A DNA stretch of 64,000 bases, taken from the NCBI GenBank assembly GCA_950097015.1, contig CATNEN010000001.1, positions 23,870,001 through 23,934,000 on the forward strand, given 5' to 3'. Made by a program: the position numbers and the translations under genes. The stretch comes from Macrostomum hystrix (Eukaryota; Animalia; Platyhelminthes). This document shows, piece by piece, positions 1 to 11,092 of the stretch. The notes under the pieces were generated by a model. It saw only the letters and a list, made by a program, of their open reading frames with translations. It had not been told where the DNA came from and searched no databases. Position 1 is the first letter of the stretch; every line of letters starts with the position of its first letter.

Positions 1-160
1 GTAGATAGGGAGAGAGAGGGGATAGGAGGGGAGAGGGAGATAGGGAGAGAGAGGGAGATATGGAGGGAGAGGGGGATATGGAGGGTGAGGGAGATAGGGA
101 GAGAGAGGGGATAGGAGGGGGAGAGGGAGATAGGGAGGGGCAGACAGGAGGGTGGGAGAC
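1..160. repeat. GA-rich low-complexity repeat (gagagagggatagg-like)
   Basis: Imperfect purine repeats visible at the window start. Confidence 0.85.
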
Positions 161-884
161 GGGGACAGGCATGGACGTCTCTAGTTAGAATGTTTTGTAG
201 TTAGCAGGTGCATAGTTAGCTCTGCTTGCCTTGCTGATATCAGACCGACAAGAAAGGACTTTCTAGAATATGTTCACTGCATTTCACTGATCACTGCAGT
301 CCAAAGCTCTAGAACAGCAGGATAACGATAGCCCTCCTTCAAGAACTGCAGGTTCAGTTCAGAAAACGACTGATTTTAAGCTACTCTGCTGCTGAAAGAA
401 TGCGGTAATAAAACGAAAAACTATTTGAGAATATTTTCAAGTGAAATGGTGTTGAAAACGTTTTGCACTTAAACCTGCTCATTTTTCTCATGATTTGCTT
501 AAATATGCACACTCCGTTGCTTATGATACTGTTTTCATCCAAAATTGTTTCAGTTCAATTCGTGAAAAAAATAAACTAAATTTGGCTTGCAATGCCTATC
601 GCAATAAACGGTTTTAAAATGAGTTTGGCACAGAAATGCAGCCATTAAAAAACTGGCCTAAGCTTGGAGCACCAATAGAAAGCTTCCTGCCCAGATTCGA
701 ACAAGAGACGTCCATGCAGATTTGGAGCGAGAGGGAAGGAAGAGTGGCAATAAACTGCAAGGCCAAAGCGCTGTGGCCTTTGTTCAAATTAAAGTCTTTA
801 CAATAATTACTTTCTCAAAGTGCAGGTTTGCGTAAGTTTGCGTACTTACGAAGCCCTGGCTAGGTCAGGGGTTCAAACCGGCAG

Positions 885-3800
885 TCAGGGCTGTGCTACA
901 AAGTCGGAGCACAGACAGAACTTGCGCAGATGCGGGGCCAACTGCACAACACAGTCTGCCTGGCTGCCGTAGCGATTCACTCGCGAAGCCTCCCCGGCCA
1001 TAGACATTAGCAGCAGGTGAGCTCCCGGGACGCGGCGCTCCAGGGCAAACTGCACCGTGACCTCGAAGTGACCTTGGTTAGGCTGAGTGACAAGGCGGAC
1101 TGCTAGGTAGCCAGCAGTTAACAGGGCCGAGTTCTCGGTGTTGTAGGCCATGCTTTGCCAGTTGACCCGACGCTGTCGACGTGCCAGATCACCACTGGCC
1201 TGCGGGTGGCATTTCTGCTCCGTGCATCAATTCCGCTTATTTTCCTATCTAGCCTTCTCAACTTAAGAGACTTGCCATTTGCCAGCCTAGATTCTAGGTA
1301 ATTAGATAACCCAAATAGCTATCAATAGTAACGAAGTGATCAAAATCAGTCTGGATTGGTTAACGGCAAAGGCACATCAGATGGCTTTCAGTTGTCAGTG
1401 AGTGCCGGCAGTCACTATGTGGGCTTCAGTGATAGCCCCCCCCTACCCGACAGCAATATTAAATAGTTCTGAATTCAGTGCCTTCTTAAAATAATAGCAC
1501 ACTGTGTATACAGCATAAACTACGTAGAATAGTGTAGCGCCAAATCGACGAGTGCAAATGTACTGAATTATACATTTCACATTTGTATATCAGATATCTG
1601 CAACACTGATAAGCTAGGAACTCGAACAAAACCCTACCCTATGCTTTTATGAAGGCTAACATGTAAATTAGTGAGGCCAAACACTCAGAGCAGCAAGCCT
1701 AAAGAGCTAAACTGAGTTAACATTAGAACCACGCAAAAACTAAATCGTATTGTAAATTGCCACAGCACATCCTCCACCGTCAAAAGCCCCAGTCCAGCAG
1801 CCACTTGACACCGTCGCCAATCCAAGACCCCTCAGTCCAGCAGCCACGTGACACCCTCGCCAATACAAGACCCCTCAGTCCAGCAGCCGCTTGACACCAT
1901 CGCCAATCCAAGACCCATCAGTTCAGCAGCCACTTGACACCCTCGCCAATCCAAGACCCATCAGTCCAGCAGCCACTTGACACAATCGCCAATCCAAGAC
2001 CCCTCAGTCCAGCAGCCACGTGACACCCACGCCAATACAAGACCCCTCAGTCCAGCAGCCGCTTGACACCCTCCCTCCCCGAGTCCAGTATGGCTCGCTT
2101 ACCAGACTGACATGCGCCTCAGTGACATTGCCGAGTCGCAGTTCCTGACACAGGTGTCGGAAGGGCTTTGTGGCCGAGTTCATCTGGCCCACAGCGAACT
2201 GGGCAGCTCTCAAAGCCAGCTTGTGCGAGTTCGGCTTGGCCACCTTCGACAGGCGCAGACACGAGCACCAGTGAGTCGGAATGCCGGCGTCTGAGCAGCT
2301 GCGCTCCTCGGGAACTGGCTCATCGATCAGCGAGTACGATCGCAGCCTGTCACTCTGCGCCTTCACTCCGTCCGTCACTCCGGCCATGCTCAACAGTGTT
2401 TTGTGAATGTCGACGGGTGTCGTGAGTCGCTTGGAGTTGACCCTCAGCCTCTCTGCCGCATCTCTCCTGTAACTCATGAGCTGACTGCTCAGCGCTATGC
2501 TCATCAGTGGTAGCGACTCCTCCAGCTTGCCCTGCATGGAGTTTCTCAACGGACCGTGTCGCTGTCCGTGGTCCGACATCACAATGATGCTGGTGTTGTG
2601 CGTGAGGTTGGCTTTCTCGAACCACTCCAAGAACTTGCTCAGCTCGGAGTCCATCGGAGACAGGTCTTTGTTCTCGTGAGACAGAGAGCTGAAGAAGGTG
2701 AATGCGAACTTGGGTCTCGTCGGGTGCAGAGTGAACAGGTCCTTGACAGCAGACAGCATTCGAGAGCTGGCCAGCTCATCTCCGATGCAGATGGAATCAG
2801 TCTGCAGACTCTCCTGCTGCAGCAGTGCCGGCCTCAGGTAAAAGTCCGCTGGGGGCTGCTTGAAGCCCAGAAACCGCAGTTGAAAAGCGCCTGCAGACGG
2901 GCAAGTTGCGAGCGGATTTTATGAGTCGCATAAAGCCTTATTTATTGGTCAAGCCTAAAATCACAAGCGATTAATTTCGCCACTCGCAACAATTTCTCTG
3001 AGCTCTATTCCGCGGCGAGGCCACATTCATTTGGGGTGCAGACGCAGAGAGAAGGCTTTGGCGTTGTCGTGCAATTTGCACCCTTGAGGGCCAATCCCCT
3101 AGGCACAGTCAGAGTGTACACTGTCTAACGATGAGAAAGTCAGGGCCCGTTTGAGTGTGCCCGCCTACAGTATCGGTGTGCTCAGGAGACAGCGAAATAG
3201 GCAGAATTGCCTCCTCGCTGGCTGCAGGTCAGACTGTAGACCTCCTGTAATTATTTTTCTATTGCAGCAAACTTGTGGTTAACGAAGTCTCACTTAATAT
3301 TTGATAATAGCATACGAGACATAGCATAGTTTGTAAGTATATTTACAAGCAGTGAAAGATTTCTAGACTCCCAGACCTGCAATTCTGAGAAGCTCAATAA
3401 AAGAAAGTATTGATCACGAATCGCACAAATGAACAGTTTTTTAAGAGTGGCATAGATAGCTCTTGCTGTGTGTTGGTAACAAATAAGGTCAAAGCCTTAA
3501 CGAAGATTGCCTTGCCGATGCCTCCAAACTTAAACGGACGCCGAGTGTATTGGGCAGCATATTAGGAGAGAGGACCAGGCAATGGCCATATTATAATTTC
3601 TGCTCGATAAATCGATGCCTTTCTTTCGAACAGAAAATGTGTTTCCACACGACTGGCTATTGCTTCTATAGAGGAGAGGGTGCCTGCTCAGTCTGCTGAC
3701 CCTGCTCATTGCTGCCAGCTGTTTTATAGTGTCTCCGCGGCTTCAACTAGCTAGTGTACATAACTCGAAATGGGGAAAACTACTCCCGTGCCTTCTAAAG

Positions 3801-5551
3801 ATCCCAGCCTAATAATAAAACAGCCAAATCAGAAGGATCATGTTGTCGGCAACTTTACAAACCGGTAGCTAGCGGGAAGCAATATAGAGATCGACAAAGC
3901 CCACAATACGTCAAGCATTGAGACTGAGGAACGACGAGGTCTTGATGGGATTACTTTTGAAAACATAACGCTTGTCAACTTCTAAGCGAATCTTTATGTA
4001 ATTTCGTTAATTTGACGTGTTTCTTATATTGAAATTTTAATGATCCCAATGCTAAAGTTTTTTCATTAAAGACACAGCAAAAAACTTAGAGCTATAAAAG
4101 AAGTGAGAAAAGCAGTGTACTTGAAGACAAGTAGACTAACTATATATAATATGCACATCATTTGGTTACAAGACTCGCAGCCAGCGAGGCAATTCTGCCC
4201 ATTTCGCTGACTCCTGAGCACACACGCACACAGATACTGTACGCAGGCACACACTCGCCAAGATGTGTGCATCCGCTCTGACTTTCTTATCGTCAGGCAG
4301 TGTACACTCTCACTGTGCCTTAGAGGTTGGCCATCAAGGGCGTAAATTGCACGACAAGCCCCCAAGCCTTCTCTCCGCGGCTGCGCCCAAACAAATGTGG
4401 CCTCGCCGAGCAATCGAGCTCAGGGACCTTGGTGCGAGAGGCAAACGCGTTAACCGCTGTGCCACTGACGCCCTATCCTGTCCTTATCTGGCGTTTATCC
4501 AAATCAGCCCTCACTGACAGCAGCTCACCGAAGTCGTTCTGCTCCTCTCCATAGAGCGTGAGGAAGCCGCGGTCGCGCAGGTCCTGGAAGATCCACCGCA
4601 TGGACTCGTCCAAGAATCTGGCCGACTTGAAGCCCTTACGAGCTTCGGGCATGTCGGCCTCGCGCACCCCAGTCAGGATGGGAAGCAGTGCGGCTGGCGT
4701 GCCGTCTCCCAGAATGTTGTACTGCTCCAGGGTCACAGCGCCCATTGTGGACTGCATGAGGTGGCTCACTCGCGGCAGAGACCTCAGACTCTCGAGTCGC
4801 GAGAGCGAGTCCAGGCCCAGCACGATGATGTTGCCGAGACCTGCTGAGCTGCTGTCAGCCTCTTCAACTCGCCTGACCCCGTAGTACACCGAGCTGTGAC
4901 TGCGGCCGTCTGGGGATCTGCAGGACGCTCGGAATCCCAGAGCCAGGCTGGCTGGCAGCTCGCTGCCGTTCTCCAGCGGCTCGGCTGGGCCGAAGTCGCT
5001 CAGCTGATCGTTCGGCCTCAGAATGGGCTCGGCTGTGCAGCGGCTGCCTGAGTACTGCGGCTTCAGGAACACCCTGGATTGAGATACCCGCAGCCAGTTG
5101 GTGGGGCTGCCGGCCTTCTCACACAGGTCCGGCGGGATGGGCTTCGGGCGGTGCTCGAGAATGTACTTAGTGGTCAGCGGCAGACTGGGCGGCACACACC
5201 TCCGCTGAGCAGATGTTGACAGCTTCGGAAGACTGCAGAAAAGAGGAAGGAGGACAAACAATGCGGTGTGGGATCTCCAGGTTCAGTGAGTCACTCTGAT
5301 AATTCAAAATGTAACACAATGCACGATAGAGAACCAACTAACCTATTAAGAATCGAGTGGAAAGTGTCTTCCTGAAGCATTTCAAAGTGACTGAACTCGA
5401 ATGTGCCATCCGGCTGCAGGTTGCTGTACCAGAGTAAGGCGATGCCGCAGAGGACGCAGACGCAGGTAACAATGCACCAGGACCATGGTGATACCCGTCT
5501 GTTAAAAGTAAGGCGCCTTAGAATGCGCATGCTTTTAATTTTCAAGGTCAT
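885..5551 (-). CDS. DUF229-family protein (alkaline phosphatase/sulfatase-like fold, N-terminal membrane anchor); exons 5551-5343, 5232-4529, 2890-2103, 1199-885
   Basis: All three GT-AG junctions are phase-consistent (2, 1, 0). Family-type motifs: NIIVLGLDSLSR, GDGTPAAL, GFKQPPADFYLRP, IIVMSDHG, LEESLP, RLTTPVDIHKTL, RSCSDAGIPTHWCSC and C-terminal CFC. Exon 1 has a hydrophobic segment. Confidence 0.85.
1786..2072. repeat. Minisatellite, ~43 bp unit (ccctcagtccagcagccacttgacaccctcgccaatccaagac), ~6.5 copies, in DUF229 intron 3
   Basis: Direct tandem copies. Confidence 0.9.
2979..3260 (+). mobile_element. tRNA-derived SINE family A, copy with decayed 5' head
   Basis: Shares gtcgtgcaattt, ggcacagt, gatgagaaagtcag and gctcagga...gcagaattgcctcctcgctggc with the other copies. 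Confidence 0.85.
4152..4473 (-). mobile_element. SINE family A, near full-length copy
   Basis: The reverse strand has an A-box-like tggcacagcgg, a B-box-like gagctcgatt and the full conserved body. Confidence 0.88.
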
Positions 5552-7164
5552 CGCTCGTTCTTGCTGATTGCTGTTCAGGTGCTTCTACGGCCTTGGCGTT
5601 CGAGCGCAATTAATTCGAGCGTTTTAAGTTTAAAACTCGCTTCCGAATCCGGGCTACTTTAGTGCGAACGATAAAATAGAATTTGTTGGCTTGCTTTAAC
5701 TTTTGTTGCGTTCGCTGTATCGTCGGCGTTGTGATTGTACATTCGGCCTAGGGAGAGAGGCCGAATTCCACCAGTCACCAATGTGGTCCGGGGCTGGGAC
5801 GAGCCAACCAAAAACTTGCGTGGACTTGCCTATTCTATCTAAGCGTGTTGAACAGGAACTGGAATCTATCCCTTCCTTATTGGTTCGCTCAAAAATTCTT
5901 CACTTGCAGGCCAATGCACAAGGATAGGTCAGCTTGGGGTCTGCCTCTAAGGAAGCCTCTTAGTTCGCTGCGCTCACACACAAGTCTATGTTCCAAAAGC
6001 CTGTGTTTAGCGTTGAGGTTTTTTCGTCTTAAGTCTAGGCCCTAAGTAGAACTAGAACTCTCGTAATCCCATATAAACGCAATAAAATTTTCTCTATTCT
6101 TAATTTGTGGCTAAGGAGAAGGACCTAAGACTCAACTTGTAGACTGTCGCTTTCTAGTGAGCGCAGCGAACAAACAGGCTTCCTTGGGTCTGCCCTTGCA
6201 GAAAGTAGCAACCCAACAATTTGGGTCCAGGAAGTTTGCTTAATTAATTATAGCTCGAACACCTGAACACGGTTTTGTTATTGCCTTTGGATTATATGGC
6301 CTTTGTGGTTTCTATAAAGCTTTCGTAAAATAGTTTAGATCTTAATTTAACCTTCCTCTCGGCAGTGGGAATTTCAGCCCTTAAGTTTGAACTTACCAAA
6401 TAAATATGCAAGCTTTTGAGGACTTTAAAAAGAGGCCCGTGGCTCGTGGGTGCATTGCTAGCATGCTGCCTTTCTCTATCAGTAAGCTTATCCAAAAAAC
6501 GGGCTGGCCTACTGAGCTTGCTATTTTGCTACCACTCCTTCCAATCCGAATGTACATTAGACAGTGTACATTCACGACAATTTCGATCGAACGAGGGGGT
6601 CTTGGGCCCACCGAGTAAGGAAGGCAAGGCGTGCAGAGAGCGGTGGAGGTCATCTAACGGCCGCGGGCTAGCCGACACTTCCACTAGTCAAAAAACACTT
6701 CACTCGGCTAGCCGGGTGAACCCATGTGGACCCACGGGGGGCTAGCCGTACTGGCAGTGGACTTGGGGGGAATTCCGATAAATGTTACATGAATCATGCT
6801 GCTCGTCTACTGCAAGTAAAAAGTATAAAATAATTAATACTGTAATACAATACAACTTAAGCTGAATTAGTTCAGATGGGACTTACTGATTAAGTGCATT
6901 TTACATGTAAATAGATAATATGACGCTTTTTCTATCCTGCTAAGTAAGAACCAATAAGTGATCACCCCGTGTCAAACAACTGATTATTTCCACATTAACA
7001 GTGAGGGCTTAATGGCTTGTCGGAAGCCAGAACTACAATTACAACACATCTAATGTAAAACAAAATGGCTATAAAACTAAATAATTAGTGAAAATTGACT
7101 GTCACAATGAAATATCGGAACAAAAGAAATCAAAAAGAAAAAAAACTAGGAACAAAAAGGATTC

Positions 7165-9374
7165 AAACTCTCGAAAATCCTAGATAGAGGGCTCTCTCTA
7201 ACAACACGCCACACAATTACGCCTAAAAGAGCAGAAAAAGACAAATTTATTCTGGCTATAATACTAGAATCAAAATCAAATCATATTTATGGTACTTTTA
7301 TTTTACGCAATATTACTTGGTTGCTGGATTTTATTGGCTGTCTTTTTAACAGCAGCTAAATTGAAAAATTAAATTAAAGCCGTTTTACCCAGCTCTCCAA
7401 CCCTAAAAATAGGCTTTTCATTCTACCCATTCTCCCCCACTTCCTTCTACCCCTCCACTTCCTTCTGCCCCTCCACTACCTTCTACCCCTCCACTACCTT
7501 CTACCCCTCCACTTCCTTCTGCCCCTCCACTTCCTTCTAACCCTTCCACTTCCTTCTACCCCTACTTCCTTCTTCCCCTCCACTTCCTTCTTCCCCTCCA
7601 CTTCCTTCTACCCCGCCACTTCCTTCTACCCCTCCACTACCTTCTACCCCTCCACTTCCTTCTGCCCCTCCACTTCCTTCTAACCCTTCCACTTCCTTCT
7701 ACCCCTACTTCCTTCTTCCCCTCCACTTCCTTCTACCCCTCCACTTCCTTCTATAAGCACTGCGTATTCAACTCAGCATAACCACTGATGAATCCGTAAA
7801 TGTATCCCCACTTCAACAGTTCAGATAGTCAACTATAAGCAGTATGTAGTTAACTCAGTGTAACCACTGATGAATCCGTAAATGTACCCCCACTTCAACA
7901 GTTCAGATAGTCAACTATAAGCAGTATGTAGTTAACTCAGTGTAACCACTGATGAATCCGTAAATGTACCCCCACTTCAACAGTTCAGATAGTCAACTAT
8001 AAGCACTGCGTATTCAACTCAGATACAGCGCTTCAAGGTTTTTTGTTTTTCTAATCTGGTGTTTTCTTATAATTTGTCTAGCGGTTTATTGCAGTCTAAA
8101 TGTCTTGAAGGCTATAACTCATAACGACTATCGATACTCAGTATTCCGGCTGGCGGTGGCGATCTCTCGGGATCGTTATCTCAGATTTTGCTTAGTAACG
8201 AACGCAAACACAATGATTTCCTAGTAAGTTTATCTAAACGGAGCTCAAGCTGAGTCTCAATCTAACTCGCGCGGCGAATCTTTTTCCGCGCTCCGCTCCG
8301 AAATATATAATGTCTTTAAAAACCCCTCGATCCGAGGCAACAATACCGTAGCAACAGTACGCATGAGAATTTGGGGTGAGTGAGGTCGCAGCCTCGAGTC
8401 TAGTACAGTTATTGTCATTAAACTAGTTGGTTGGCAGGCACGCCAACCCCTTTTCTATGGAGGGTGGGGGAAAGTCCTGAAAATACCTTAGTTGAGTTAG
8501 TATTCGTTCCCCTTTCTACTGATATTTCTTTCCTACTGTCCATTATCCCCTTTCCTTTCATCGATCCAGTCTTCTTGTGCGGTCCCGGCCTCCTCCAGAG
8601 GGGTAGAGGGAGGGGGAGAGGAAGAAAGAAGTGGAGAGGAAGAAGGAAGTGGAGAGGAAGAAGGAAGTGGAGGGGTAGAAGGAAATGGAGGAGTAGAAGA
8701 AAGTGGAGGGGTAGAAGGAGGTGGAGAGGAAGAAGGAAGTGGAGAGGAAGAAGGAAGTGGAGGGGTAGAAGGAAATGGAGGAGTAGAAGAAAGTGGAGGG
8801 GTAGAAGGAGGTGGAGAGGAAGAAGGAAGTGGAGAGGAAGAAGGAAGTGGAGGGGTAGAAGGAAATGGAGGAGTAGAAGAAAGTGGAGGGGTAGAAGGAG
8901 GTGGAGAGGAAGAAGGAAGTGGAGGGGAAGAAGGAAGGGGAGGGCTAGAAGTAAGTGGAGGGGAAGAAGGAAATGGAGGGGCAGAAGGAAGTGGAGGGGA
9001 AGAGGGAAGTGGAGGGGTAGAGGGAAGTGGGGGAGAAGCGGGAGGTGGAGGGGAAGAAGGAAGTGGAGGGGCAGAAGGAAGTGGAGGGGTAGAAGGAAGT
9101 GGTGGAGAATGGGTAGAATGAAAAGCCTGTTTTTAGGGTTGGAGAGCTGGGTAAAACGGCTTTAATTTAATTTTTCTATTTAGCTGCTGTTAAAAAGACA
9201 GCCAATAAAATCCAGCAGCCAAGTAATATTGCGTAAAATAAAAGTACCATAAATATGATTTGATTTTGATTCTAGTATTATAGCCAGTATAAACTTGTCT
9301 TTTTCTGCTCTTTTAGGCGTAATTGTGTGGCGTGTTGTTAGAGAGAGCTCTCTTTCTAGGAGTTTCGAGAGTTT
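7165..9374. repeat. Long inverted repeat (foldback): arms ~7165-7750 and ~8600-9374, each ~270 bp unique AT-rich sequence plus an 18 bp (ccacttccttctacccct)n array
   Basis: 7191-7435 is the near-perfect reverse complement of ~9105-9350. The minisatellites face in opposite orientations. Confidence 0.9.
7751..8022. repeat. Tandem repeat, ~82 bp unit, ~3.3 copies, inside the foldback spacer
   Basis: accactgatgaatccgtaaatgt...cagttcagatagtcaactataagc occurs three times. Confidence 0.9.
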
Positions 9375-9736
9375 CGAGGTGCTAGTGGTAATTGCAATTA
9401 TCATTCAGCTGAGGAGATCGATCCTACTTATGCCGATATGTGACATCAGTTAGTATCTTGCACTATGCAGCTGCACACGGCAGTATTAAAGATCTTGATT
9501 CACTGCTGGGTGCCGGAGCCAGCGCTAATGCCACAGATTGGGCCGAAGCCACGCCGCTTATGGGGGTTGCCAGACTGCCGAAGGATCAGAAGACCTGCGT
9601 TTATAACTACGCTCAACAACAGGCTCTGCTTGACGCTGGCGCGGATTGGACCCTCCGTGACGAGCTGGGCCGGACTGCGCTCGACTGGGCCACGGAGATG
9701 GGACACGAACAACTGACCAACCTGCTGCGCGTGTAA

Positions 9737-9750
9737 GTTGCCATGGCAAC
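9737..9750. promoter_or_regulatory. RFX X-box, perfect palindrome GTTGCCATGGCAAC
   Basis: Exact match to the canonical RFX consensus, overlapping the splice donor. Function is not shown. Confidence 0.55.
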
Positions 9751-9914
9751 ACCCGATTTTTGCTCCTGCAATAATTTTTAGCAGATTATAGTTGCGAAAA
9801 CGTATAATTGTAGAAAGTCTTGAGAATCATCTCAACTTTGACAGATGTTTTTGATTCTCTCTTTTTATTTAGAATGTTAGCTCCTGCATCCTCTGCCCTT
9901 CCGTGTAATAAAAA

Positions 9915-10233
9915 ATAATAATATTTGCAGGAGGGCTGTAGGAATGGTACATCATTTGATGACACTTGACCCGCAGCCAGAGAGGGGGCAATTCAGCCCG
10001 TACCGCTGGCCCCTGAGCACACACGCAAAGAGATACTGTAAGCAGGGATACGCACACACAGCTGTGTGTACATCTGCCCTGACTTTCTCATCGTCAGGCA
10101 GTGTACACTCTCACTGAGCCTTGGAGGTTGGCCCTTAAAAGCGTAAATTGCACGACAAGCCACACAGCCTTTCCTACGCGGCTGCGAACCCAAATGAGTG
10201 TGGCCTCGCCGTGGAATCGAGCTCAGCGACCTT
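9915..10233 (-). mobile_element. SINE family A copy in the ankyrin pseudogene intron
   Basis: Same conserved blocks on the reverse strand. The 5' part of the head is missing. Confidence 0.85.
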
Positions 10234-10654
10234 TGAGCAAACTGTGCAATGTGCAAAACCAAAAAAACGTTTCTTGTTGTTGCGTTAAGCAGGTTTGCGA
10301 AATAAATCTGAACTTTCATGTGCACCTGCACCTGAACACGCGTGTCAGCATGCTTTCTCCCAATACCTGCAGCTACGAAGGCAGGAGCTACTTTGGCGGC
10401 ATCGCTCAGTCGACTGCAGCCGCAGCTCAGGGCGACTCCACAGACAATGGCTCGGCTGTTTGGGTTCCGGAGAACTATTGAGGAGGCCGTTCTGTTGAGC
10501 ACATTGCGAGCACGTGCTGCTTGGAATGCTTTAGTCTGCTATGAAACTTTTAAACATTTTAAAGACACTTTTTACTCATGCAGGTCCACTACTCTAGACA
10601 AACTGGGCTTTGCCTAACAGGGCAAAGGGAGAATCTAGGATACGACAGTCGAAA

Positions 10655-11092
10655 GATGAGACAGGTGAGGGCTGAGATAGGGGAGAGATGAGACAGGGGA
10701 GAGATAAGACAGGCGAGAGATGAGACAGGGGAGAGATGAGATTGGGGAAATGAGACAGGGGAGAGATGAGACAAGTGAGGGCTGAGATTGGGGAAATGAG
10801 ACAGGGGAGAGATGAGACAAGCGAGGGCTGAGATAGGGGAAATGAGACAGGGGAGAGATAAGACAGGCGAGAGATGAGACACGGGAGAGATGAGATTGGG
10901 GAAATGAGACAGGGGAGAGATGAGACAAGTGAGGGCTGAGATTGGGGAAATGAGACAGGGGAGAGATGAGACAAGCGAGGGCTGAGATAGGGGAAATGAG
11001 ACAGGGGAGAGATAAGACAGGCGAGAGATGAGACAGGGAAGAGATGAGACAGGCAAGAGATGAGACAGGGGAGAGATGAGACCCGCGAGAGA
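10655..11092. repeat. Minisatellite, 16 bp core (gagatgagacagggga); reverse complement of the arrays at 37.2 and 41.6 kb
   Basis: Direct tandem copies. Confidence 0.9.

Larger units (their letters stand above)
9408..10481 (+). pseudogene. 5'-truncated, frameshifted ankyrin-repeat paralogue of the 56.8-60.6 kb gene; exons ~9408-9732 and 10373-10481
   Basis: Ankyrin motifs LHYAAAHG, GASANATD..ATPLM and GRTALDWA. The phase-2 donor GT|GTAAG joins cag|C TAC GAA GGC AGG AGC TAC TTT (YEGRSYF), homologous to YEGKEYF at 59531. The upstream DPTYADM is out of frame and followed by TGA. There is no start exon, and the locus abuts the foldback arm. Confidence 0.75.

Noticed and set aside
7785-7975. CTGATGA in each 82 bp unit as a tandem hammerhead ribozyme
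   Set aside because: No closed stem II or following GAAA is present, so the catalytic core is incomplete.
8431-9165. Protamine-like Arg/Trp-rich 244 aa ORF
   Set aside because: It is a translation of the 18 bp minisatellite in the foldback arm.
10583-10615. LDKLG similarity to the LOTUS exon at 42.55 kb
   Set aside because: The match is only about 18 nt with no extended alignment, so it is probably chance.
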